Source: Candidatus Aenigmatarchaeota archaeon (GTDB lineage: Archaea; Aenigmatarchaeota; Aenigmatarchaeia; Aenigmatarchaeales; Aenigmatarchaeaceae). Taken from it: a stretch of DNA of 62,141 bases. Location: contig WVXN01000047.1 in the NCBI GenBank assembly GCA_011773475.1, positions 1,979-64,119 on the forward strand, written 5' to 3'. This document shows positions 18,247 to 27,045 of this stretch, piece after piece; position 1 is the first letter of the stretch; each line of letters begins with the position of its first letter. Position numbers and translations under genes: made by a program. The notes under the pieces were generated by a model. That model saw nothing but the letters and a program-made list of their open reading frames with translations. It had not been told where the DNA came from and ran no database searches.

Positions 18247-18939
18247 GTGAAAAAAATGCTTAGGAAAGATGATACGCATAATTTTTTGAATGCATTACAA
18301 ATGAGAGTATTAAATGATGCTCCAATAATGATTAAACATTTAGATAGTCGTCGTTTTTGGGATTCCAGTTTTGAGGTAACCAAATTTTATGAAAAATCTG
18401 AATTTACACCCTACTTAGATCAAAGAATAGAAAATTTAAAAGAAAAACGATATGGTAGAAGAGATTTCATATCAATTACTGGCGATGGGGATGCATGGTC
18501 AGTTGGTAACGATAAAAGACTTGCTATGTATAGGGAGTTAGTAGAATCAGGTGTTGATATAAAAATTATGATGACAGAAATAGGAGCTTGGACAATAGGT
18601 GAAAAATCTAGTGCTAGAAGACTACATGATATAGGTGTTCATGTTAGGCGTGTAGAAGCTTCTCGTGAATATCATTCTGGAGTTATAGGCGGAGAAGAAA
18701 TGTATACTATTCATAGATTTCCCGTTGAAGGTGCTAGCAAAGTTCTTGGTAAACCTCAAAAAAGAGGTAAAGTTAATTACACTTTTGTAGCTACAAACCA
18801 TCCCCAATTCGTTAAGCATGCTCAACGAGAGCTTAAATGCCTTTGGAAAAACCAATCTGTTAATTATGATGAGGTTTTGAAGGAAGAGCAAGAAAATATG
18901 AGAGCAAGAGAAGATCTCTTAAGATTAGAAACGCCTTAA
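18247..18939 (+). CDS. Hypothetical protein resembling the C-terminal (effector) domain of TrmB-like regulators, no HTH
   Basis: 230 aa with no N-terminal wHTH. Loose similarity by eye to the C-terminal halves of 18936-19748 and 26194-26961. The 3' end overlaps the convergent gene by 4 nt. Confidence 0.45.
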   Translation: MKKMLRKDDTHNFLNALQMRVLNDAPIMIKHLDSRRFWDSSFEVTKFYEKSEFTPYLDQRIENLKEKRYGRRDFISITGDGDAWSVGNDKRLAMYRELVESGVDIKIMMTEIGAWTIGEKSSARRLHDIGVHVRRVEASREYHSGVIGGEEMYTIHRFPVEGASKVLGKPQKRGKVNYTFVATNHPQFVKHAQRELKCLWKNQSVNYDEVLKEEQENMRAREDLLRLETP

Positions 18940-19748
18940 CTTAATTTCTTCCACCAATAATCAAAGTTTTCTTTTAATGCAATTGCAATTGCGGGATTTT
19001 CGATTATAATTAATTCATATCTTCTATTGATGTCTGATTTAGGCAATCCTTCTTCTGCTATGTTAGTTCCTTTTTCTGAAAGTTTAAGTGCTAAAGATGC
19101 AATTTTTTTATCAACTATATAACCTCTCAAAGTTCCACTATAACCAGTTTTAATCTCTATTCCTAATTTTTTAGCTTTATTTATGTTTTTTAAAAATTCT
19201 TTAGAATCATTCAATTCTTTTGCTAAGATTTTTATTTCAACTCCTCTTTTTTTAGCATTTTTTATTGAATTTATAGTTTCTGGTAACCATGATATATCTC
19301 CAGCAAAACTTAATACCTGCTTTTTAGCTGAGATTAGTTGTTCATTTAAAGCTTCAACAACATTTCTTCTTCTGTCAGTGGACCATATCTCTCCTTTTTT
19401 TCTAATTGTTAAAGGTTCTATTTTTGAGAGGATTTCAGATATTGTTTCAATGTTATTTTTCAATTTTTTTATTTTTTTATCAAATTCATTCTTTCTTGAT
19501 TCAATTAAATTATTTAGAGCTTTTTTAGGAGAGATGATTTTAAATCTCTTGGGTCTACCTCTATTTATTAAAACAAATCCTTTTTTTTGTAGTTCAGTTA
19601 GAGTATCATAAACTCTTGGTAAAGGTATTTTTCCAGCTTCTGATAATTGTTCTGCTGTTGCTATGTTGAGTTTTGATAGTGTTAAGAATGCTCTAATCTC
19701 ATATTCAGTCAATTCAAATTCTCTTAAGAGGTTCCCAACTTTTTCCAT
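18936..19748 (-). CDS. TrmB-family transcriptional regulator
   Basis: N-terminal LTEYEIRAFLTLSKLNIATAEQLSEAGKIPLPRVYDTLTELQKKGFV wHTH, coiled linker, C-terminal domain. Confidence 0.75.
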   Translation of the reverse strand: MEKVGNLLREFELTEYEIRAFLTLSKLNIATAEQLSEAGKIPLPRVYDTLTELQKKGFVLINRGRPKRFKIISPKKALNNLIESRKNEFDKKIKKLKNNIETISEILSKIEPLTIRKKGEIWSTDRRRNVVEALNEQLISAKKQVLSFAGDISWLPETINSIKNAKKRGVEIKILAKELNDSKEFLKNINKAKKLGIEIKTGYSGTLRGYIVDKKIASLALKLSEKGTNIAEEGLPKSDINRRYELIIIENPAIAIALKENFDYWWKKLS

Positions 19749-19850
19749 TTTTTTTCACCAAATTAACTCTCTTACAGTTAAAAAAGTTATCTATTATTTA
19801 CTAAATTCTTAAATTATTTAAAGCTTTCTTTTAAAAGTCAGGAAATATAA

Positions 19851-20444
19851 TTGAATATTATGAAAAAAAGAAATTGGATTATTTTTATTATACTTTTTAT
19901 TGTTGCAGACTTGATAATATTTTACATTTTTTATCCATCTTCACCTGCTCAAGATATTTTTAGTACTTCTACTGAACAACAAGAAGGAGAGAATGAAACA
20001 CAAACTCCAGATGAGTCTACTTTTCCTGAACTTCCAGAAGAGCCTTCAGAAGGATCTGGAGGTGAGGGAGGGAGTGGAAGCGGTGAAGGAGGTTCAGGTG
20101 GTAGCGGTGGAGGCGGAGAAGAACCTACTGGACCAACAGGACCTGTAAATTATACATTATATGTAAAATCAGAACCTTCCAATTTATCAGTTTTTGTTAA
20201 TTATAGTATTGATGGAACTGTACTTACTGCAACAGATGACGCTCCTTATTCTTTAAGGGTTGACGGTAATTCAATTGCTTGTGTTCTGGCTGCTGAATTA
20301 AAAGGTAGTGGAACTTTGAAATGGACAAAAGATGGTGAAGATTGTATATCTTCATTATGTTATCCTCCTTTCTTCGGTTGCGAAGTATTAATGGATTCAG
20401 ACCATACTGTTACTGAGCATTGGAATGCAAGTGCAACTGAGTAA
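19851..20444 (+). CDS. Membrane-anchored extracellular protein with acidic Gly/Ser linker and Cys-containing beta-rich (PEGA-like?) domain
   Basis: N-terminal TM WIIFIILFIVADLIIFYIF, then a (GGS/GEG)n linker, then YTLYVKSEPSNLSVFVN. Confidence 0.5.
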   Translation: MNIMKKRNWIIFIILFIVADLIIFYIFYPSSPAQDIFSTSTEQQEGENETQTPDESTFPELPEEPSEGSGGEGGSGSGEGGSGGSGGGGEEPTGPTGPVNYTLYVKSEPSNLSVFVNYSIDGTVLTATDDAPYSLRVDGNSIACVLAAELKGSGTLKWTKDGEDCISSLCYPPFFGCEVLMDSDHTVTEHWNASATE

Positions 20445-20476
20445 TTATTAAAAATTAAAAAACCAATTCTATTCTT

Positions 20477-20893
20477 ATGCCATTTAAATTTTTAGATATA
20501 ACAACGTCTGATACTGCATTCGAAGCAACTGGGAAAGACTTAAATGAACTTTTTGCTAGCTCTGCTCTGGCAATGTTTGAAACCATGATAAATACAAAAC
20601 AAATAAAACCTGAAGTTGAAAGAGAAGTTAAGGCACAAGCAGATGATTTGAAAGGTTTGTTATTTGAATGGCTTAATGAACTTTTAGTTTTTTATGGTGC
20701 AGAAAATTTAGCTTTTTCTAAATTTGAAGTTAAAGTTGATGAGAAAAACTTTAAACTTGAAGCAAAATGCTGGGGAGGAAAGATAAATCCAGATAAACAT
20801 GAGACTAGAGCAGAGGTAAAGGCTTGTACATATCATAAAATGGAAATAGAAAAAAATGATATTTGGAAAGCTAGAGTGATATTAGATATTTAA
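20477..20893 (+). CDS. Archease (RtcB activator)
   Basis: 138 aa. FLDITTSDTAFEATGKDLNELF N-terminus and C-terminal EVKACTYHKMEI...W.ARVILDI match the archease pattern. Adjacent to rtcB. Confidence 0.85.
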   Translation: MPFKFLDITTSDTAFEATGKDLNELFASSALAMFETMINTKQIKPEVEREVKAQADDLKGLLFEWLNELLVFYGAENLAFSKFEVKVDEKNFKLEAKCWGGKINPDKHETRAEVKACTYHKMEIEKNDIWKARVILDI

Positions 20894-22344
20894 CCCTTCA
20901 CGACACCAAGAGGCACTAATCTTACAACACATTTACTTATTCCAGCGTTTTCAGTTACTTTTGCTACCTCATCTATTTCTTTATAAACTGAAGGTGCTTC
21001 TTCTGCAATTACTTTCCAGCTTGCAGCTCTTACCAAGATTCCTTTTTGAGCTAAAGCTGCTTTAATTTTCTCACCTCTAAATCTTTTCAAAGCTCCGCGT
21101 CTTGACATAACTCTTCCAGCTCCATGTGCTGTAGAATAAAAAGTTTCTTTTGCAGTTTTAGCTCCTACTAAAACATAGCTTGCAGAGCCCATTGAACCTG
21201 GAAGCAGAACAGGTTGTCCTACACTCTGATAATCTATTGGTATTTCTGGATGACCAGCTGGAAATGCTCTAGTAGCTCCTTTACGATGAATATAAACTTT
21301 TCTCTTTTCTCCATTTATTTTATGTTCTTCTATTTTCCCAATATTATGACACAAACCATAAACTAAATCCAATTCCATGTCTTCTAGCTTCATTCTTAAA
21401 CTCTTAACAAAACTTTCTCTTACCCAATGCATAATCATATGCCTGTTTGTAAAAGCAAAGTTAGCAGCACAAGACATTGCAGAAAAATAATCATCACATT
21501 CTTTTGTTCCTGCAGGTGCATATATTAATTCTCTATCTGGTAATTTTTTCAATAAATCACGAAACTTGCTTTCTAATAATTTTATATAATCAGTACAAAC
21601 TTGATGACCAAGTCCTCTACTTCCTGAGTGAATCATTACTGTTATTTGTCCTTCTTTTTCTATTCCAAAGGCTTTTGCTACTTCTGGTAAAAATATTTTA
21701 TCAACTTTTTGAATCTCTAAGAAATGGTTTCCAGCACCTAAAGTTCCTAATTGGGGAGCTCCTCTTCTTTTAGCATTCATTGAAACTTTTTCTGGATTTG
21801 CTTGCTTCATTCTTCCATTTTCTTCTAAATGATTCAAATCTTTTTCTAAACCATAACCATTTTCAACAGCCCATTTCGCTCCATTAGTTAATACTTCATC
21901 TAGTTGAGATGTGCTTAATTTAATTTTTCCACTTCTGCCTACTCCAGAAGGAACATTTCTAAAAATAGATTCTAATAATGCTTTTACTTTTGGTTTAATT
22001 TCTTCTTCATTCAAATTAGTTCTTAATAATCTTACACCACAGTTAATATCAAAACCAATTCCTCCTGGTGATAATCCTCCTTGTTCATAATCCAAAGCAG
22101 CAACTCCTCCAATAGGAAATCCATAACCAAAATGCATGTCTGGAAGAGCTATTGAGTGTTTGTATATTCCTGGTAAAAATGCAATGTTTGCAACTTGTTC
22201 AACTGCTCCTTCTTCGAGATTTTTTAATAGTTTTTCTGACAGGAATAACCAGGCTGGGACATTCATTCCTGGCTTTGCTGTTTTAGGTAATTCCCACAAA
22301 CAAGGGCCAATTTTTTTCAATTTTTCTTTTAACATATTCAACAT
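20890..22344 (-). CDS. rtcB: RNA-splicing ligase RtcB
   Basis: HFGYGFPIGG, GFDINCGVR, GSRGLGHQV, HRKGATRA and HGAGR motifs. 484 aa. Confidence 0.95.
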   Translation of the reverse strand: MLNMLKEKLKKIGPCLWELPKTAKPGMNVPAWLFLSEKLLKNLEEGAVEQVANIAFLPGIYKHSIALPDMHFGYGFPIGGVAALDYEQGGLSPGGIGFDINCGVRLLRTNLNEEEIKPKVKALLESIFRNVPSGVGRSGKIKLSTSQLDEVLTNGAKWAVENGYGLEKDLNHLEENGRMKQANPEKVSMNAKRRGAPQLGTLGAGNHFLEIQKVDKIFLPEVAKAFGIEKEGQITVMIHSGSRGLGHQVCTDYIKLLESKFRDLLKKLPDRELIYAPAGTKECDDYFSAMSCAANFAFTNRHMIMHWVRESFVKSLRMKLEDMELDLVYGLCHNIGKIEEHKINGEKRKVYIHRKGATRAFPAGHPEIPIDYQSVGQPVLLPGSMGSASYVLVGAKTAKETFYSTAHGAGRVMSRRGALKRFRGEKIKAALAQKGILVRAASWKVIAEEAPSVYKEIDEVAKVTENAGISKCVVRLVPLGVVKG

Positions 22345-22400
22345 TATTTCTTCATTCTTTTTAAATGTTAAATATACTAATAATTATAGAGGTGATTTTC

Positions 22401-22685
22401 TTGCCAATAAGCACAGCACCATACACAAGGTCTTACGCCCATACAAAAAGAAGGGGGAGAGAAGGTTTTGTTAAATGTGGTTTTTGTGGAAAAAGTGTTC
22501 CCAGATGGAAAGCTTTTATAAAATATAAAGGATTTAGAATATCTGATCCAGTATTGAGAAAGCAAATAAAAAGACACAATGTTCACATGTTTAGCAGAAA
22601 AATATATGTTTGTCCGAGCTGTGCTAGATTTAGAAAAGTTGTTAAGCCTGGAAAAAGTGTTAGAAAAAAACATCTAAAAAGATGA
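22401..22685 (+). CDS. rps26e: Ribosomal protein eS26
   Basis: KRRGREGFVKCGFCGKSVPRWKAF aligns with eukaryotic [23 protein letters not shown], and YVCPSCARFRKVV with YCVSCAIHSKVV. TTG start 5 nt after SD gaggtga (22389-22395). The track start 22365 lies upstream in frame. Confidence 0.72.
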   Translation: MPISTAPYTRSYAHTKRRGREGFVKCGFCGKSVPRWKAFIKYKGFRISDPVLRKQIKRHNVHMFSRKIYVCPSCARFRKVVKPGKSVRKKHLKR

Positions 22686-22725
22686 CTTACTTTAACCTTT
22701 AAAAACTTCGCTTTCTAACTTTAAT

Positions 22726-23064
22726 ATGATATTTATGAAGGTATTAGAAATAAAACCAACAGGAATGGCTGAAGCAAAGAAGATTATGCTTAGCCGTGAG
22801 AAGAAAAAAGAGCTAAGCTACGAACAAAAGCTTGCTTTGGATCATTTAAATAAATTTTCTAAAATATCTGATTCTGATGCTAAGAAATTTTTAGAGGAAT
22901 TGTCTCAAGTTCTTAGAATGTCTGATGAAACTATGGTTAAAATCCTTGATTTAACCCCCAAAACTCCAGATGAATTAAGAATGATATTTGCGAGGGAAAA
23001 ATTTAGTCTAAAAGATAAGGAAATTAAAAAAATTCTAGAGACAGTTAAGAAATATTGTAAATAG
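22726..23064 (+). CDS. rpoF: RNA polymerase subunit Rpo4/RpoF (Rpb4 homologue)
   Basis: ~110 aa helical protein. ELSYEQKLALDHLNKF...KILDLTPKTPDELRMIF matches the RpoF pattern. Conserved neighbourhood with the DUF655 gene. Confidence 0.72.
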   Translation: MIFMKVLEIKPTGMAEAKKIMLSREKKKELSYEQKLALDHLNKFSKISDSDAKKFLEELSQVLRMSDETMVKILDLTPKTPDELRMIFAREKFSLKDKEIKKILETVKKYCK

Positions 23065-23075
23065 TGTGATGGCTT

Positions 23076-23636
23076 ATGCCGATTCTAAAAGATGAAAACG
23101 TTATAGTATTGGATTTCCTTCCAAGAGGACATGCTAGTGGTAGACAGGAACCCATAGCCCAGGTTATAGGTGTTAAATATTTCTCTCTTTTAGAGCTTGT
23201 AGTCAAAAGAGACGTTACTTTAAAGCCAGGTGATACAGTCTATATCGGAGATTCAAAGAGAGATCATATTGATCATATTAAAAGAAGACTGACCATTAAA
23301 GATCTAACAAGTTTTGCTAAGTCAGAACTGCCTTTCTTAGTTGAAAAATTAGTTAAAGACAATGAGAAAAAATTTGTTAATTTCTTTAATAATGCACGTC
23401 CATTATCCACAAGACTGCACCAATTAGAACTATTGCCCGGAGTTGGAAAAAAGCATATGTGGGATGTCATCAAAGAGAGAAAAAAAGGGGAATTTAAGAG
23501 TTTTGAAGATATTAAGAAAAGAATAAAATTAATGCCAGATCCTAGTAGTGCTGTTATAAAAAGAATTATGGAAGAATTAGAAGGAAATAATGTCAGATAC
23601 AGATTATTTGTTGCTGGACCTGTTAGGAGATTCTAA
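23076..23636 (+). CDS. DUF655-family protein with helix-hairpin-helix motif
   Basis: N-terminal VIVLDFLPRGH...PIAQVIG OB-like part and C-terminal LELLPGVGKKHMWDVIKER HhH. Typical archaeal partner of rpoF. Confidence 0.72.
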   Translation: MPILKDENVIVLDFLPRGHASGRQEPIAQVIGVKYFSLLELVVKRDVTLKPGDTVYIGDSKRDHIDHIKRRLTIKDLTSFAKSELPFLVEKLVKDNEKKFVNFFNNARPLSTRLHQLELLPGVGKKHMWDVIKERKKGEFKSFEDIKKRIKLMPDPSSAVIKRIMEELEGNNVRYRLFVAGPVRRF

Positions 23637-23908
23637 TGAATAAAATGAGAGAATTACAGATTCTGTTAACAAAGATTCCTAAAGGAAAGGTTACTACATA
23701 CAAAATTGTTGCTAAGAAACTAAGAATACATCCCAGAACTGCTGGGAGATTGTTAAGCAAAAACCCTTATCCAGATAAATATCCCTGCTATAGAGTTGTG
23801 TTCTCTGATGGAAGAGTTGTTAGGAAACATGTTAAATTACTTAGAAAAGAAGGAATAGAAATAGAGCAAGGCAAAATTGATTTAAAAAGGTTCTTGTTTT
23901 CTTTATAA
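23636..23908 (+). CDS. MGMT-family DNA-binding domain protein (stand-alone C-terminal domain)
   Basis: KVTTYKIVAKKL...NPYPDKYPCYRVV fits the TYxxxA...NP...PCHRV alkyltransferase signature with the Cys retained. Start overlaps the upstream stop. Confidence 0.68.
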   Translation: MNKMRELQILLTKIPKGKVTTYKIVAKKLRIHPRTAGRLLSKNPYPDKYPCYRVVFSDGRVVRKHVKLLRKEGIEIEQGKIDLKRFLFSL

Positions 23909-23986
23909 GTTTTTACTACTGACCGATGGTTTTATAAGTCTTTCTATCTATATATTTATTACGGATAAGTGATAAAGTGATTCATT

Positions 23987-24193
23987 ATGTTTCCTAATGG
24001 TGATTTCGTGTTTAGAAAACTAAAACCTCAAAGGCCCACTGTAATAAGAATTAAGGATACTGTTAAGACTTGTTTTTATTACAGAGGAACTAAAACATGT
24101 CTAGGACCTTTGTGTTTTTGGACTAAAGTAGGAGATTGTCCTATTTTTAATAGACTAAAAAATAGAAAAAGAGTTCATTTCACTGCAAAATAG
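23987..24193 (+). CDS. Hypothetical small Cys-containing protein (68 aa)
   Basis: Open frame only. Weak TATA upstream. Confidence 0.3.
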   Translation: MFPNGDFVFRKLKPQRPTVIRIKDTVKTCFYYRGTKTCLGPLCFWTKVGDCPIFNRLKNRKRVHFTAK

Positions 24194-24200
24194 AAAATAG

Positions 24201-25310
24201 TTAAGAAATTAATCTACAAAATTTCTTATAATTAGCATCAGTTTTTATAGCAGTTAGGCAAAAATGAGTTCTAGATGCTTTAAAACCCTTTTTCTTAAGT
24301 TTTTTAATTAGAACTTCCATTTTGGGAATATTCGTTTTCACTTTCTTAGCTAAAGAATGCAAATCATAATAAAAAGCAGACATTTCAGCTTCTTCTATTA
24401 GCATTTTTAATAGTTTTTCCTCGCCTTTTTTCAATCTAAAATATCTTTTTCTTATATCAGCTAGTACTTTTTTGCAGAATTTTTTGTCTAATATCTTTCC
24501 TAGATAAATCAAACCACAATTTTCAAAAACATGCTTTTTACTATCAGTTTTTTCAATGTTCCCGATGTTTCTTTCCAAACATTTAGGACAATAATTAACA
24601 TAACCAAAGTCTTTTAACAAACCTGCTATCTTTCCTGCATGCTCAATTCTCCCAAAAACCCTGTAATAGTGCTTTGTAGAAAAAGATAACAAAGGTATGA
24701 AAGCCCTATCATATCTTGCTAAATTTAATATAATAAAAGAAATCAGGATTCTAACTCCCAATTCATTATAAAATTCAGTTTTAATTGATTTTATTCCATA
24801 TTTTCTTAAACAAGACTTTGGATAGGTTCCAGCTAAGGCTGATTGATCTGTTGCTGTTACACATAGGAATCCTTTATGATAAATTGATCTTGAAGCAGAG
24901 TCCATAAAGATATTTGGAGAACCAAAAGGATCCAAATCAATAACAACAAAAACATTATTCCTCAATAGAATATTTGCATCTTCATTACTCGGTATGCATT
25001 TTCTAGAAAGTTTGTTTTCTTTGATGTTTTTTCTTATTAAATTTACTGCCTTCGGATTTTTATCATTTAAAATGACTTTTTTAATTCCTGATACTTCTTT
25101 TGCATATCTCAATCCTCTTATTCCTGTTCCTGCTAATGCATCACAGATTGTTATTTTGTTCTTGAATTGTTTTTGAAAGGCTTGGATTGCTGAAATTGAT
25201 ATGTCTCTCGTTAATTCTGCTTCTGGATTGTAAAATACAGGAGCATCATAAATTCTTCCTTTTGGAGCAAAGAAATTTATTTTTCCTTCTTGAATTTTCT
25301 TAGATTTCAT
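24201..25310 (-). CDS. trm1: tRNA (guanine26-N2)-dimethyltransferase Trm1
   Basis: VFYNPEAELTRD, DALAGTGIRGLRYA, DLDPFGSP, plus C-terminal Cys cluster CPKC...C. Confidence 0.9.
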   Translation of the reverse strand: MKSKKIQEGKINFFAPKGRIYDAPVFYNPEAELTRDISISAIQAFQKQFKNKITICDALAGTGIRGLRYAKEVSGIKKVILNDKNPKAVNLIRKNIKENKLSRKCIPSNEDANILLRNNVFVVIDLDPFGSPNIFMDSASRSIYHKGFLCVTATDQSALAGTYPKSCLRKYGIKSIKTEFYNELGVRILISFIILNLARYDRAFIPLLSFSTKHYYRVFGRIEHAGKIAGLLKDFGYVNYCPKCLERNIGNIEKTDSKKHVFENCGLIYLGKILDKKFCKKVLADIRKRYFRLKKGEEKLLKMLIEEAEMSAFYYDLHSLAKKVKTNIPKMEVLIKKLKKKGFKASRTHFCLTAIKTDANYKKFCRLIS

Positions 25311-25381
25311 AAGAATATGTTATTTTTAAAAAGAAATAAGCTTTTAAAGCTTACCTTATAACTATTTGTAAGTGGTAAATA

Positions 25382-26191
25382 ATGTTGAAAGTTATTGATG
25401 CTATTAGTCGTAGGAACCCTCTAGGAATAGTTTCTGATTTAAATGGCACCATACATACAGGAATATACGGAAATATATGTGCAGATATAATATATCATCT
25501 CGATAGAAGATTAATATATAACGGAAAATATAAGGATCTGTGGGAAAAGGCTAAGAATCATTGGGCAACTCCCATGGAATGGGAAGATAGAGTAAGGGGT
25601 GTGCCTGGTCTTTTACGAGATTTTGCTGTTACGAATATCGACTGGGTTGATTCGGGTTTATATACAATAAGAAACACAAAAATAGAAAAACCAACAAAAG
25701 AACTTCTGGAAGTCATTAATACAGTTCCATCAGTAGAATTTCATATTTTCACAGGTTCTGAAAAAAATATTGTAAAAGAATTTCTTAACAGTAGAATATC
25801 CAAACATGTACCTAATGCGAAAATAGAAATTTATGGAACTAATTTAAAATATGATGGTGGAAGATATTTCACAGGTGATGTAGAAGAGCCTTTATGGAAT
25901 TCTGAAAATAGGGCTAAAAAAGCTAGAGAACTAACTTTAAATAAAATTTCTGTTGGTATTGGAAACAGCTTATCAAACGATTGGAATATGCTAGAACAAG
26001 AAACGCAATCATATTTTTTAACTGGACCTGTGACTGCATATTTAAACGGATATACGAAAGGAAATATAAGTTGTATCAAAAGAGAAAATTTGTCTGGAGA
26101 ATTAAAGAAATTTTTAAAGAGCGATTTAAAGGAAATAATGCCACGAATAGCTGGTATTAATCCTCCACCAATTATAGCAAGGAGGTTTTAA
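25382..26191 (+). CDS. Hypothetical protein, HAD-superfamily-like with degenerate motifs
   Basis: IVSDLNGT (motif I-like, second Asp replaced by Asn), FTGS and GNSLSND. Stop is 2 nt before the TrmB-like gene. Confidence 0.4.
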   Translation: MLKVIDAISRRNPLGIVSDLNGTIHTGIYGNICADIIYHLDRRLIYNGKYKDLWEKAKNHWATPMEWEDRVRGVPGLLRDFAVTNIDWVDSGLYTIRNTKIEKPTKELLEVINTVPSVEFHIFTGSEKNIVKEFLNSRISKHVPNAKIEIYGTNLKYDGGRYFTGDVEEPLWNSENRAKKARELTLNKISVGIGNSLSNDWNMLEQETQSYFLTGPVTAYLNGYTKGNISCIKRENLSGELKKFLKSDLKEIMPRIAGINPPPIIARRF

Positions 26192-26193
26192 AT

Positions 26194-26961
26194 ATGGATA
26201 AAAATCTTGTTAATGAATTAATTGAGTTCGGATTTAGTGATTATGAAGCAAGGGTTTTCTTAGTTTTATCTATGAAAGGATCATTAACAGCTTCGGATAT
26301 AAGTAAGAATACAGAAATTCCATATTCAAAAGTTTATGAAATATTGAACAAACTTGAATCAAAATCAATACTAGAAGTCTCTTTAAATGGTAGAAATAAA
26401 AAATACAAGGTTTCAGAACCTTCTCAAATTATTAAAAGAATAGTCGAGGAAAGAAAAAAGAATGCTGATGCTCTAGATAAGAAAGCAGAGGAAATATTAA
26501 AGAAAATTAAAAAAAGAACAACGAATGAAGAACTTAAAGAAAGCATATGGACATCCCAAGGAAAGAAAAACTTCTTAGAAAAAGTTTCAACAATGATAAA
26601 AAATTCAACCAAATATGCTTATGGTATTACTAAAGAATTTTCTAGAATTCCAGAGTTAGACCAACAAATTATAAATGCTACTAAAAAAGGGATTGATGTT
26701 AGATTGTTAAGTATTACAAATGGACTTGAAAAATTAGATTCAGCAAGAGCAGACTGGTATTCTTCACACAATGTTAAAATAAGAACAATGCCATTGAAAA
26801 TTCAACCACGTATTTGCTTAGTTGATGACAAAGAAGTTTGTTTAAGAGTAGACAATGAATATGATTCTGAATTTATATGGTCTAACAATCCAGCTTTAAT
26901 AAATGTAATAAGATCTTATTTTGAAGTTTTATGGATAAACGCAGAACCTCTCAAAAAATAG
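26194..26961 (+). CDS. TrmB-family transcriptional regulator
   Basis: FSDYEARVFLVLSMKGSLTASDISKNTEIPYSKVYEILNKLESKSILE wHTH plus C-terminal domain. Confidence 0.75.
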   Translation: MDKNLVNELIEFGFSDYEARVFLVLSMKGSLTASDISKNTEIPYSKVYEILNKLESKSILEVSLNGRNKKYKVSEPSQIIKRIVEERKKNADALDKKAEEILKKIKKRTTNEELKESIWTSQGKKNFLEKVSTMIKNSTKYAYGITKEFSRIPELDQQIINATKKGIDVRLLSITNGLEKLDSARADWYSSHNVKIRTMPLKIQPRICLVDDKEVCLRVDNEYDSEFIWSNNPALINVIRSYFEVLWINAEPLKK

Positions 26962-27045
26962 TTCATTTTTTGTCGAACTATAAAACATAAATTTATAAAC
27001 ATCGATTATCTATTTAAAATAAGTTATTTTTAAGGAGATGTCAGA

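Noticed and set aside
20040-20115. GC-rich GGT/GGA/AGC-rich stretch as a DNA tandem repeat or G-quadruplex element
   Set aside because: It encodes an in-frame Gly/Ser/Glu linker of the surface protein 19851-20444, and the units are not exact repeats.
26970-26979. 10-mer TTGTCGAACT shared by the GGPPS upstream region (26970-26979) and the IDI-like divergent promoter (51851-51860), with TTGTCG also in the palindromes at 18061 and 52475. Considered as an isoprenoid-regulon operator.
   Set aside because: By my rough estimate, in ~62 kb of ~30% GC DNA thousands of 10-mers recur by chance and TTGTCG is expected ~15-20 times. Spacing to the TATA boxes is not conserved. It is worth a genome-wide motif test but is not supportable from this window alone.
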